Of a DNA stretch of 64,000 nt, positions 39,440 through 52,984 are shown one piece after another. The notes beneath the pieces are model-generated. The model worked only from the letters and a program-made list of their open reading frames with translations. It was not told where the DNA came from and did no database searches. The DNA is from Octopus sinensis (taxonomy: Eukaryota). The DNA lies in the NCBI RefSeq assembly GCF_006345805.1, contig NC_043023.1:15624001-15688000 (forward strand), in the 5' to 3' direction. The stretch's first letter is position 1. Each line of letters opens with the position of its first letter. Made by a program: the position numbers and the translations under genes.

Positions 39440-40482
39440 ATGAATAGTCTGGAGATGTTAAAAGAAAGAGAAAAGTTATCAGACCAATGTGATATCTGTA
39501 AAAAGACTTTTTCTAATAAGGGAAATCTCACTGTTCACAAATGTATTGATCCAGGTGGAAAGAAATATTACTGTGATATTTGTGGTAAATCATTCTCTCG
39601 AAAAAGTCACCTTATCATCACAAATACACTCATACTGGAGAGAAACCACATCACTGTGATATCTGTGGTAAATCATTCTCTAAAAAATATAACCTTACTA
39701 AACACAAAGCCATTCATACAGGAGAGAAACCATATCACTGTGATATTTGCGGTAAATCATTCTGTCATGCGAGAAGCCTTGATTCTCACAAACACATTCA
39801 TACAGGAGAGAAACCACATCACTGCGATATTTGTGGTAAATCATTCTCTCAAAAAAGTAGCCTTTATTCTCACAAATACATTCATACAGGTGAGAAACCA
39901 TATCGGTGTGATATTTGTGGTAAATCATTCTCTCAAAGAAGTCGCCTTACTTCTCACAATTCCGTTCATACTGGAGAGAAACCATATCATTGTGATATTT
40001 GTGGTAAATCATTTTCATCAAAAAGTCACCTTACTAGACACAAATACATTCATACAGGAGAGAAACGATATCACTGTGATATCTGTGATAAATCATTCTC
40101 TTACTTGAGCCTTTTAAATTCTCATAAATCCATTCATACAGGAGAGAAACCATATCACTGTGATAAATCTTTTTCATCAAAAAGTCATTTAACTACTCAC
40201 GAACTCACTCATGCTCATGAGAGGCCATATCCCTGTGATATTTGTGGTAAATCATTCACTCAAAGGAGAGGCCTTACTTATCACAAATACACTCATACAG
40301 GAGAGAAACCATATAAATGTGATATTTGTGGTAAATCATTCTCTCAAAAAGGTCACCTTACATATCACAAATCAGTTCATACAGGTGAGAAACCATATCG
40401 GTGCTATATCTGTGGTAAATCATTCTCTCAAAAAAGGTACTTAAATGGACACAAATGCATTAATACAGGGGACAAACCATAG
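39440..40482 (+). pseudogene. ZNF-5, 12 finger repeats, frameshift in finger 2
   Basis: 1-nt deletion at 39614 (cttatcatcac versus cttactcatcac in ZNF-6). Finger 1 has H to D, finger 9 has lost a Cys through a 9-nt deletion, and the last finger has H to N. Confidence 0.85.
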
Positions 40483-41432
40483 CACTGTAGTATCTGCAGT
40501 AAATTATTCCGTTTAAGAAAATATTTAATTAATTACAAGTCTGCTCATACTGGAGAGAAACTATGTGACTGTGATGTCTGCAGCAAATCATTCTATTGTG
40601 AATATGCTGTATATACTTATAAACGTATTCATACAGGAGAGAAACTCTATTGCTGTGATACCTGAGGTAAATCATTCTCTGTGGAACAATATTGAACTCA
40701 TCACAAATACATTCATACAGGAGAGAAATCATATCACTGTGACATCTGTGACAAGTCATTCTTTCATAGAGAGAAATAATAAACTAAACACAAACATATT
40801 CATACAGGGTAAGATTCTGATGACTGTGTAATCTGTGCTAAATCATTCTCTCAATAATTTACATTAACTAAACATATACTTATTCATATTGATCAATAAC
40901 AATATCAATGATAAAACAGATGTCCTGCTGAATAAAATACTGCAAATGTATTACTTTTTACAAAATAAATTCATTTTTCACATTTTCCTCATTTGCATCA
41001 ACTCACTAATTACGATGTGTGTTTTTTATTCAAACAATATTGATTATATTAATTTGCTCTGTTTTCTTGAGGATATATTATTTTGACACAAATGTATTAC
41101 ACTCCAGTTCCCAGCCATGATCAGTTATCCTCTGCTGGACACACTCAGGGATCCCAGGATCTGCACCCTTTGTGCTACTGCCCACATATTCTGGCACTAG
41201 CTGGAGGCTTATTGCTGTTTGTCACAGTTTTGGGTGCAGAGTGGGAAATATTTTTCAAGAGCCTAATGCCCCACTCTACCTATGGTTCAAGCACATCCCC
41301 GCTCAACCCATGCAAGTGATTATCATCATACTTATTTTTTGCTAAATCATTCTGTAGAGCAGGTTTTCATGGTCTTGTTCTTACCAGACACCAAGCAGGG
41401 ATTTGTGATGGGCATCTGGTTAGAATGGCACC

Positions 41433-41670
41433 TGTTGTGATGAGAGTTACCATGTCCCCTTGTGAGAGATAGACTGGTTCGAGTTAAGTATAAATAGTAA
41501 CGATCTGAGTGGGTTCGCGGTTCAGAGTCAAGTGAAGTCAGAAGGTGTCGCTTGGTTTACTTCCTAAGGAATATTGAATGTTGGTTCTTAAAAGATTTGT
41601 TAGTTCATTAGATTGTTGTTACAATTTTCTGGTTATCTTATTTATTGTACGGAACAATTATGTCACAACA
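41433..41670 (+). mobile_element. LTR (238 bp) of a Gypsy-type element
   Basis: TGTTGTGA...TCACAACA inverted termini, followed by PBS-like TGGCGATGAGG at 41673. Confidence 0.75.
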
Positions 41671-42490
41671 TCTGGCGATGAGGGTTTCGAAGCTCTTGCA
41701 GGTCAGTTAACAAATTTTTGTGATACAAAATTGTTAAATCATGGAAGACTAATTAGCTTCTATAAAACTGTTGCAAAATCAACGACAAAGGCAACAACAA
41801 CAACAATTATTGGAGCTTTATTCAAAGAAGTCCAAAAATAAGGGAAGTACATTTTTGCCAGACGACATTTTGGACTCTATGAATTCAGTTATAACCCAGA
41901 GGACGGTATAACTGTTGCATTGTACTACAGCAGGTAATTTTTAAGGATGATTGTAAGACATGGTCAGACACAGAAAAAGTAAGGTTATTATGATATAAAT
42001 GAGCCCCATCTGAGTATGAACATTACTTTAATTTCATATTACCCAAAAAAACTCAATGAAATTTGTTTTAAAGAAACAATGGAATTACTGTCTAACATAT
42101 TCGGTGATAAAACTTCTCTAACACTTGGATGGTGTTTTGGAATATAATGAAAAAAGAGGATGGTGATTTTATCACATACACAGGAACAATTGACAGGATG
42201 TGTGAATATTTTAAACTCAAGAAGTTACACCTGAGATGTTCAGGTGTCTTATTTTGGTAAAAGGCCTTACAACAACTGAAAATACAGAAATTCACACTGC
42301 AGAACTAAATTCTGAAGATCAACCATTAAAGATCCTAGAGGGCTCTCAAAAGAAACAAAATTCGACTCCCAAATAAGAAAATTTGTACACGTAAAAATGA
42401 TTGGAATAAATATTAAACTTCAGTTCGATACTGGAAGTGATATTTCAATAATAAATATGGATACATGGAAGAAAATAGGGGAACCTGTCT
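41671..42490 (+). pseudogene. Degenerate Gypsy gag and aspartic protease
   Basis: EFSYNPEDGIT...DTEKVRLL...FNFILPKK...IFGDKTSL; MFRCLILVKGL; KLQFDTGSDISIIN. Many stops. Confidence 0.7.
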
Positions 42491-42494
42491 ATCT

Positions 42495-42843
42495 TACATG
42501 TTTCAGGCATTTGACAGTGGCCATGCTGGAGCACCGCCTTTAGTTGAGCAAATAGACCCAGGACTTATTCTATTGGTCTCTTTTGTCGAACCGCTAATGA
42601 CGGGGATATAAGCACCTCAGCATCGGTTGTCAAGCAATGCTAGGGGGACAAACACAGACACACAAACATACATATATACGATGGGCTTCTTTCAGTTTCC
42701 GTCTACCAAATCCACTCACAAGGCTTTGGTCGGCCCGAGGCTATAGTAGAAGACACTTGTCCAAAGTGCTACACAGTGAGACTGAACCTGGGACCATGTG
42801 GTTGGTAAGCAAGCTACATACCACACAGCCACTCCTGCGCCTA
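42495..42843 (-). mobile_element. SINE family A
   Basis: Mirror of 52632-52980. Confidence 0.8.
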
Positions 42844-43196
42844 TATGTACACATTACACAAGATATTGTTTGCTTTTTTCTCTGTTGTCTGTATTAAAGA
42901 AATATTTTCAAATTATTTCACTTTAATAGAATTTATTATTTCTTTAGCTTGTATTAAATAATTTTGACCTCATAACTCATTAAAATAATTGCATTATCTT
43001 TTTAACTTATCTCTCTGCTTTTATATATTATGTTGGGTGTGTAGGCATGTATAAATATATATATATAGAGAGAGATTTTAAAAGTGTCCCGAATATATGG
43101 TTTTCTAATTTGGCAACCCTATCCAAATGTGTCCCTTATGAGCCTATACAATTGATGATACAGCATAGAATTCACACTCGATCAATGTATGATAAA

Positions 43197-46100
43197 AGTT
43201 AGTTAGTTAGTTAGTTAGTTAGTTAATTTGGCTCAAAAGCAAATAGCAAGGCCATGTAGGGGGATATGGAGTTAAGTACAGGGTGGTGTTCATGTAAAGA
43301 GTTCAGGCCACTTGAGGTCCAGGGAGGCTTTGAACAAAGCGGTCGTCGGCATCTTCACCATCTCGTCTGGCAGCTTGTTCCACGGATCCGCAACCCGGAC
43401 GGAGAAAGCTCCTCTCCTTCGATTGAGATGAAATCGTCGCAGGTAGAGCTTTTCGGAATGACCCCGCAGCCGACGCTCCGGAGCAGGAGTGAAGAACAGC
43501 TCTTTCGAGAGGTTACACTTCCCGCTTATGATGTTGTGGGCGAGAATGAGATCACCACAGCGGCGGCGTTTTTCAAGAGAATAAAGGTCGAGCATCCTCA
43601 GCCTTTCTTCGTAGGACAAATTTTTGAGACCATGAACCAGGCGGGTAGCCAGCCTCTGGACTCTTTCGAGGTGCTGTATGTCTTTGAGGAGATAAGGAGA
43701 AGAGGCTTGAATCCCATACTCCAATATGGGTCTCACCAGCGTGACATAGAGTGGCAGGAATATGGCTGCTGTGAGCATTCCGAATGACCGTCGAATCAAA
43801 AACAGAATTCCGCGCGCTTTGTTGGCAGCATGGACGCACTGGGCCGAAGGCGAAAAGGAGGAATCCACCAAGATACCCAGGTCCTTTACCTGATCGGTCC
43901 TCTCCAGCAGCAGACGACCCGGCTCGAAATCAAGTTGAGTTGCAGGAGTGCAGATGACAGCACTTTGACACGTTCAGACACAGGTCCCAATCGTTAGACC
44001 ACTTCCAAATTTGGTGGAGGCATCGACGAAGATCCTCTATACTACCGCGAGGAGCGACCAGTTTGATATCGTCGGCAAATAGAAGGGTGTGTTGCGTGAG
44101 GTCGTCGGGCAAGTCATTTATGAAGACTAAGAACAACAAGGGCCCAAGCACTGAACCTTGAGGCACGCCACTGCTCGCACTGGAGACGTCGGACCGTGAA
44201 CCATTAACTTGAACTTGGAAGGAGCGATCTGAGAGGAAGGCACCAACCCATCGTACAATATCCGGATGGAAACTATATGCCTGAAGCTTGACAAGTAGTA
44301 GGCGGTGGTTTACCGAGTCAACAGCTTTGGCAAAGTCCAATAAAACGATGTCAACAGCATCACTATCATCGAGGATGCGCGTCACCAATTCTTCCATTAC
44401 TAGTAAGTTGGTCAAGCATGATCTCTTCGGCACGAAGCCATGTTGGGAATCAGTGATCGAGGCTGTGCTTAGGAGGTGGAGCATCATACTTTTCTTAAGG
44501 ATGGTTTCGAACATCTTGCTGATTATTGATGTAAGGGAAACCGGTCGGTAGTTAAGCGGGTCTTCGCGGCTCCTTTCTTGAAAATTGGGCAGATTATCGC
44601 TGTTCTCCAGTCTGCAGGTATAACACCCGTCGCCAATGACATATTGAATAGTCGTGTTAAGGGCTCGCAGATGACCGGAGCCAACGCTTTGATAACCCAT
44701 GGGTGTATGCCGTCAGGGCCGTGACCCTTGTTGACATCGAGGCCTTGAATAACACGTTTGACTTGGTCCCGCGTGATGATCAATCGAAGCATTGGAGGTA
44801 CCGATCTATCAAATGGAGGGGATTCACGACCATCATCTTGTTTGAAAATAGTTGAAAAAGCCTCGGCAAATAATTGACTCTGTTGATAAGGGTCCTCAAT
44901 CGATACGCCTGTTGAGTCTACCAATGTTGCAATCTGGTTGTTCAAGCGGGAATTCCGCTGGACATGGGCAAAGAAGGTTTTTGGATTGCTACTGGCATTT
45001 GCCGCGATTTTGTATTCATAACTGAAGCGTTCTTTTTTTTCAATTTTCACGGCTCGGTCTCGTTGAGTTTTGTACACCTCAAAAGCTGCAGTCGAATCCA
45101 GATTTTTGAATTCAGCCCAAGCAATATCTCTGAGTCGACGTTCTCGTTTAACCTTCTTCGTCACCCAGGGCTTGTGTTTCTTCCTCTTGGGAAGTCCAAC
45201 GGGAACTGCCTGGTCAGTGAAACAGATTACATATGCTTTGAGGGATGACCATAGTTCGTCTACTGAGGACAACGTCATCAGGGAACGCCAGTCCAGAAGC
45301 ACGGAAGCCTCGGTTAGAATTTCAAGATTAATTGCAGAGAAGACTCTACGTGGCAGCGAAGTAATCGTGGGCGTGGAAAAAGTTGTGTGCATGACGAACT
45401 TCAGGACCGCATGATCACTCTTGGCAAGAGGGGCGCACAGATACGTCTGACACTGATCTTGGATAGCGGGAGAATACCAGATCTAGCATAGATGGCTGCT
45501 GCCCAGACCGATGCCTTGTCGGATATTCAACATGTTGCGATAGAAAACAATCTTCAGCCACGTCAAGAAGGGCCTGGCCGAACCGGGAAGATGTTGTACA
45601 AATTGATGCGGGCCAATCGATCGTGGGAGCGTTGAAGTCGCCTAGTACCAAGCAGTCATGCGAAGCTGAAACGAATCTTATCGCCTCGAGTAGATGAGCA
45701 TCGTCCTGGGGGTCGGCTAGAGGCGGCCTGTAGACAGCCAACACGGGCAGGCAAAACTCAGATAGGCTCAGCTTGCAATAGACGGCATCGAATTTGGTTG
45801 TAGGTTGAGCATTTGTGGGTAGAATACCGCAGGACGGTTTGTGCTCAGACTTAACATACACAGCAACACCTCCACCTCGCCTTTTTCCTCTGTCACATCT
45901 GAAAAGGACGTAGCCCTGCAGGTGGATCTCTGAGTCCTTTACTGCTGGAGTCAGCCAAGTCTCGGTGATAGCTATCACATCAGGGGAGTCGCGTAGGGCC
46001 AGTGTAAATAGTTCACTGAACTTTGGGAATAAGGAGCACGAGTTGGTGTAGACGATGCTGAGCTGTGAAGTCTGAGGGGCGGGAGTTGGGGAACAAGCAG

Positions 46101-47831
46101 AATAAAGGGCATCAGAGATAGCATCGTTGACGGGGGTATCAACTTCACTTCGATTTGCCTTCACATCACTTTCCCTGTCAGCACTACAGCATGGGACCAG
46201 AGGTAGGACTTGATTATCTGTCCATCTTGGATTCGTAAACCCTTCTCTCCCATTGTTTCCTCATCTTTAGTCGGATATCAGGTTCCTCCGGCGAATTCTC
46301 TCTCTTAGTGAGTATTCCTCGCGAAAACCCATATTGGGGTCCTCCCAGGCATGCGTCTGAGCTCTGTTCAGAAAGACTGAAGCCTCCCGATCACAAGAAA
46401 AGATTACCCTTATTGGGCGTGGTCTAGTATCTGCGGTTGGGTTCGCTTGGAATCTTCCTAGCCGAGCGACCTTAAGAAACACTGACATTTTCGTTCACAG
46501 AGAACAATTTTCCAACCAAAATAGAAACAAAATTAATGTCATCTTTTAGGCGGTTTTGCCTGTATCACAGGTGGATTCAGCTTTGCCATATATTATTGCC
46601 GATCTTGAGTGGGCCAAAAAGTTCTCTACTATGAGCCGCGGTATTCGATTCTTCATTGGAGGATTTCGAAAGGGTGGTTTCATAGCCATCAGACTTATGT
46701 CGGCCTGTGGGGTCGATCGGAATGGATTTAGTGGTCATAATTTCCCGCCTGGTTTGAAACTGCACTGCCTCTTCTTTGGTTTGGGGGAGCACCACTCCCC
46801 AGATGACCCACATCGAGATCGTTCAGAATTGGTTGAGCAATGGCATTAATGGGAAGGACAAGTGAAGGAGAATCCAAACAGATTTTATCGTGATCAGGTT
46901 TCATAGCCAAATCTGCCCCTCTGGAGTTTTGACTACGTTTCTTCTTTTTGGGGAGAACAACGGTCTTCAGGTGGGTTTGGGTCTACGCTCCTCGAACTAG
47001 GTTGGGGAACCTCCGGGACCGAAAAGGCAGATGAGGAAGAATCTGCACAGGAACGATCATGTGCAGGAACGACCGCCGGTTCCTTCGCCTTCTTTGGCCG
47101 CTTCGATTTTGTTCCCTTCGGTTTGGACGTCTCCAGGGAAGAAATCAAGGGTGACTCTGCGTCAAACAGGAGACCGTTATCGTGGTCAGGTTTCATAGCT
47201 AAATCCGCCCCACTGGAGTTTTGACGACGTTTCTTCTTTTGGGGGAGAACAACGGTCTTCAGGTGGGTTTGAGTCTACGCTCCTCAAATTAGGTTGGGAA
47301 ACCTCCGGGACCGAAAAGGCAGATGGGGAAGAATCCGCACGGGAACGATCATGTGCAGAAACGACCCACGGTTCCTTCGCCTTCTTTGGCCGCCTCGATT
47401 TGTTCCCTTCGGTTGGATGTCTCCAGGGAAGAGATCAAGGGTGACTCTGCGTCAACAGGAGACTGTTTATTCAGTAAGAGAGCAACAACAGACTTTAGGT
47501 GCTCAACCTCTTGTTTGAGCAACAGCAATGTTCGTTGAGCTGGATATTGGTAGGACCAATCTTGATGAGAAGCCCTACTTGCAGATCTCAGTTTCGATGC
47601 GTAGGTAGCTGACATGATGGATGGTTGACTAAAAACAATCTTCTATGGGCTCTAGGACAAATCGGGGTTAAATCAGGAACAAAAAACAGGTGCAATCCTT
47701 GTAGGAGTAGGCAACAGCAGACAAAAACTGAGAGAGTTTGGGCTGAGCCGAATCACAATCCAAGATTGAAAGCAGACGGTGCTTGAGAGTCGGGAACCCT
47801 TCCTAATTGTCTGAAGCAGCTTTAGGATTAA
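43197..47831 (-). mobile_element. CR1-type LINE (ORF1 plus APE-RT ORF2), frameshifted, 5' end runs into the gap
   Basis: IAITETWL, LGDFNAP, PGPDG-like HGPDGIH, QHGFVPKRSC, LDFAKA, GVPQGSVLGP, FADD, LSYEERLR motifs; (TAAC)n tail; ORF1 ATG at 47615. Confidence 0.9.
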
Positions 47832-47931
47832 NNNNNNNNNNNNNNNNNNNNNNNNNNNNNNNNNNNNNNNNNNNNNNNNNNNNNNNNNNNNNNNNNNNNN
47901 NNNNNNNNNNNNNNNNNNNNNNNNNNNNNNN
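47832..47931. other. Assembly gap, 100 N
   Basis: Run of exactly 100 N, a typical placeholder for a gap of unknown size. Confidence 0.98.
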
Positions 47932-50900
47932 ACCAATAGTCAGCTCAACGAACAGTTGCTGTTGCTCAAACAAGAGGTTGAGCACCTAAAGTCTGTTGTT
48001 GCTCTCTTACTGAATAAACAGTCTCCTGTTGACGCAGAGTCACCCTTGATCTCTTCCCTGGAGACGTCCAAACCGAAGGGAACAAAATCGAGGCGGCCAA
48101 AGAAGGCGAAGGAACCGGCGGTCGTTTCTGCACATGATCGTTCCCGTGCGGATTCTTCCTCATCTGCCTTTTCGGTCCCGGAGGTTCCCCAACCTAATTT
48201 GAGGAGCGTAGACTCAAACCCACCTGAAGACTGTTGTTCTCCCCAAAAGAAGAAACGTCGTCAAAACTCCAGTGGGGCGGATTTAGCTATGAAACCTGAC
48301 CACGATAAACGGTCTCCTGTTGACGCAGAGTCACCCTTGATTTCTTCCCTGGAGACGTCCAAGCCAAAGGGAACAAAATCGAAGCGGCCAAAGAAGGCGA
48401 AGGAACCGGCGGTCGTTCTTGCACATGATCATTCCTGTGCGGATTCTTCCTCATCTGCCTTTTCGGTCCCGGAGGTTCCCCAACCTAGTTCGAGGAGCGT
48501 AGACCCAAACCCACCTGAAGACCGTTGTTCTCCCCAAAAGAAGAAACGTAGTCAAAACTCCAGAGGGGCAGATTTGGCTATGAAACCTGATCACGATAAA
48601 ATCTGTTTGGATTCTCCTTCACTTGTCCTTCCCATTAATGCCATTGCTCAACCAATTCTGAACGATCTCGATGTGGGTTCATCTGGGGAGTGGTGCTCCC
48701 CCAAACCGAAGAAGAGGCAGTGCAGTTCCAAACCAGGCGGGAAAATTATGACCACTAAATCCATTCCGATTGACCCCACAGGCCGACATAAGTCCGATGG
48801 CTATGAAACCACCCTTTCGAAATCCTCCAATGAAGAATCGAATACCGCGGCTCATAGTAGAGAACTTTTTGCCCACTCAAGATCGGCAATAATATATGGC
48901 AAAGCTGAATCCACCTGTGATACAGGCATAAACCGCCTAAAAGATGACATTAATTTTGTTTCTATTTTGGTTGGAAAATTGTTCTCTGTGAACGAAAATG
49001 TCAGTGTATTTAAGGTCGCTCGGCTAGGAAGATTCCAAGCGAATCCAACCGCAGATACTAGACCACGCCCAATAAGGGTAATCTTTTCTTGTGATCGGGA
49101 GGCTTCAGTCTTTCTGAACAGAGCTCAGACGCATGCCTGGGAGGACCCCAATATGGGTTTTCGCGAGGAATACTCACTAAGAGAGAGAATTCGCCGGAGG
49201 AACCTGATATCCGAGCTAAAGATGAGGAAACAAATGGGAGAGAAGGGTTTACGAATCCAAGATGGACAGATAATCAAGTCCTACCTCTGGTCCCATGCTG
49301 TAGTGCTGACAGGGAAAGTGATGTGAGGGCAAATCGAAGTGAAGTTGATACCCCCGTCAACGATGCTATCTCTGATGCCCTTTATTCTGCTTGTTCCCCA
49401 ACTCCCGCCCCTCAGACTTCACAGCTCAGCATCGTCTACACCAACTCGTGCTCCTTATTCCCAAAGTTCAGTGAACTATTTACACTGGCCCTACGCGACT
49501 CCCCTGATGTGATAGCTATCACCGAGACTTGGCTGACTCCAGCAGTAAAGGACTCAAGAGATCCACCTGCAGGGCTACGTCCTTTTCAGATGTGACAGAG
49601 GAAAAAGGCGAGGTGGAGGTGTTGCTGTGTATGTTAAGTCTGAGCACAAACCGTCCTGCGGTATTCTACCCACAAATGCTCAACCTACAACCAAATTCGA
49701 TGCCGTCTATTGCAAGCTGAGCCTATCTGAGTTTTGCCTGCCCGTGTTGGCTGTCTACAGGCCGCCTCTAGCCGACCCCCAGGACGATGCTCATCTACTC
49801 GAGGCGATAAGATTCGTTTCAGCTTCGCATGACTGCTTGGTACTAGGCGACTTCAATGCTCCCACGATCGATTGGCCCGCATCAATTTGTACAACATCTT
49901 CCCGGTTCGGCCAGGCCCTTCTTGACGTGGCTGAAGATTGTTTTCTATCGCAACATGTTGAATATCCGACAAGGCATCGGTCTGGGCAGCAGCCATCTAT
50001 GCTAGATCTGGTATTCTCCCGCTATCCAAGATCAGTGTCAGATGTATCTGTGTGCGCCCCTCTTGCCAAGAGTGATCATGCGGTCCTGAAGTTCGTCATG
50101 CACACAACTTTTTCCACGCCCACGATTACTTCGCTGCCACGTAGAGTCTTCTCTGCAATTAATCTTGAAATTCTAACCGAGGCTTCCGCGCTTCTGGACT
50201 GGCGTTCCCTGATGATGTTGTCCTCAGTAGACGAACTATGGTCATCCCTCAAAGCATATGTAATCTGTTTGACTGACCAGGCAGTTCCCGTTGGACTTCC
50301 CAAGAGGAAGAAACACAAGCCCTGGGTGACGAAGAAGGTTAAACGAGAACGTCGACTCAGAGATATTGCTTGGGCTGAATTCAAAAATCTGGATTCGACT
50401 GCAGCTTTTGAGGTGTACAAAACTCAACGAGACCGAGCCGTGAAAATTGAAAAAAAAGAACGCTTCAGTTATGAATACAAAATCGCGGCAAATGCCAGTA
50501 GCAATCCAAAAACCTTCTTTGCCCATGTCCAGCGGAATTCCCGCTTGAACAACCAGATTGCAACATTGGTAGACTCAACAGGCGTATCGATTGAGGACCC
50601 TTATCAACAGAGTCAATTATTTGCCGAGGCTTTTTCAACTATTTTCAAACAAGATGATGGTCGTGAACCCCCTCCATTTGATAGATCGGTACCTCCAATG
50701 CTTCGATTGATCATCATGCGGGACCAAGTCAAACGTGTTATTCAAGGCCTCAATGTCAACAAGGGTCACGGCCCTGATGGCATACACCCACGGGTTATCA
50801 AAGCGTTGGCTCCGGTCATCTGCGAGCCCTTAACACGACTATTCAATATGTCATTGGTGACGGGTGTTATACCTGCAGACTGAAGAACAGCGATAATCTG

Positions 50901-52280
50901 CCCAATTTTCAAGAAAAGGAGCCGCGAAGACCCGCTTAACTACCGACCGGTTTCCCTTACATCAATAATCAGCAAGATGTTCGAAACCATCCTTAAGAAA
51001 AGTATGATGCTCCACCTCCTAAGCACAGCCTCAATCACTGATTCCCAACACGGCTTCGTGCCGAAGAGATCATGCTTGACCAACTTACTAGTAATGGAAG
51101 AATTGGTGACGCGCATCCTCGATGATAGTGATGCTGTTGACATCGTTTTATTGGACTTTGCCAAAGCTTTTGACTCGGTAAACCACTGCCTACTACTTGT
51201 CAAGCTTCAGGCATATAGTTTCCATCCGGATATTGTACGATGGGTTGGTGCCTTCCTCTCAGATCGCTCCTTCCAAGTTCAAGTTAATGGTTCGCGGTCC
51301 GATGTCTCCAGTGCAAGCAGTGGCGTGCCTCAAGGTTCAGTGCTTGGGCCCTTGTTGTTCTTAGTCTTCATAAATGACTTGCCCGACGACCTCATGCAAC
51401 ACACCCTTCTATTTGCCGACGATATCAAACTGGTCGCTCCTCGCGGTAGTATAGAGGATCTTCGTCGATGCCTCCACCAAATTTGGAAGTGGTCTAACGA
51501 TTGGGACCTGTGTCTGAACGTGTCAAAGTGCTGTCATCTGCACTCCTGCAACTGAACTTGATTTCGAGCCGGGTCGTCTGCTGCTGGAGAGGACCGATCA
51601 GGTAAAGGACCTGGGTATCTTGTTGGATTCGTCCTTTTCGCCTTCGGCCCAGTGCGTCCATGCTGCCAACAAAGCGCGCAGAATTCTGTTTTTGATTCGA
51701 CGGTCATTCGGAATGCTCACAGCAGCCATATTCCTGCCACTCTATGTCACGCTGGTGAGACCCATATTGGAGTATGGGATTCAAGCCTCTTCTCCTTATC
51801 TCCTCAAAGACATACAGCACCTCGAAAGAGTCCAGAGGCTGGCTACCCGCCTGGTTCATGGTCTCAAAAATTTGTCCTACGAAGAAAGGCTGAGGACGCT
51901 CGACCTTTATTCTCTTGAAAAACGCCGCCGCCGTGGTGATCTCATTCTCGCCCACAACATCATAAGCGGGAAGTGTAACCTCTCGAAAGAGCTGTTCTTC
52001 ACTCCTGCTCCGGGGTCATTCCGAAAAGCTCTACCTGCGACGATTTCATCTCAATCGAAGGAGAGGAGCTTTCTCCGTCCGGGTTGCGGATCCGTGGAAC
52101 AAGCAGCCAGACGAGATGGTGAAGATGCCGACGACCGCTTTGTTCAAAGCCTCCCTGGACCTCAAGTGGCCTGAACTCTTTACATGAACACCACCCTGTA
52201 CTTAACTCCATATCCCCCTACATGGCCTTGCTATTTGCTTTTGAGCCAAATTAACTAACTAACTAACTAACTAACTAACT
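47932..52280 (+). mobile_element. CR1-type LINE, mirror copy
   Basis: ORF1 47956..49326 and ORF2 pieces 49323..52174; tail (TAAC)n at 52252-52280; same insertion flank as the left copy. Confidence 0.9.
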
Positions 52281-52631
52281 TTTATCATACATTGATCGAG
52301 TGTGAATTCTATGCTGTATCATCAATTGTATAGGCTCATAAGGGACACGTTTGGATAGGGTTGCCAAATTAGAAAACCATATATTCGGGACACTTTTAAA
52401 ATCTCTCTCTATATATATATTTATACATGCCTACACACCCAACATAATATATAAAAACAGAGAGATAAGTTAAAAAGATAATGCAATTATTTTAATGAGT
52501 TATGAGGTCAAAATTATTTAATACAAGCTAAAGAAATAATAAATTCTATTAAAGTGAAATAATTTGAAAATATTTCTTTAATACAGACAACAGAGAAAAA
52601 AGCAAACAATATCTTGTGTAATGTGTACATA

Positions 52632-52980
52632 TAGGCGTAGGAGTGGCTGTGTGGTAAGTAGCTTGCTTACCAACCACATGGTCCCAGGTTCAGTCTCACT
52701 GTGTAGCACTTTGGACAAGTGTCTTCTACTATAGCCTCGGGCCGACCAAAGCCTTGTGAGTGGATTTGGTAGACGGAAACTGAAAGAAGCCCATCGTATA
52801 TATGTATGTTTGTGTGTCTGTGTTTGTCCCCCTAGCATTGCTTGACAACCGATGCTGAGGTGCTTATATCCCCGTCATTAGCGGTTCGACAAAAGAGACC
52901 AATAGAATAAGTCCTGGGTCTATTTGCTCAACTAAAGGCGGTGCTCCAGCATGGCCACTGTCAAATGCCTGAAACATGTA
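52632..52980 (+). mobile_element. SINE family A
   Basis: Head ggcgtaggagtggctgtgtggtaag and B-box-like ggttcagtctc. Confidence 0.8.
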
Positions 52981-52984
52981 AAAT

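Noticed and set aside
41578-41841. 87-aa ORF and its mirror at 53618 as a small host gene
   Set aside because: It spans the LTR, PBS and start of the decayed Gypsy gag region.
43197-52280. Two independent CR1 insertions
   Set aside because: Identical 3' flank and a shared frameshift show a single insertion that was duplicated or assembled twice.
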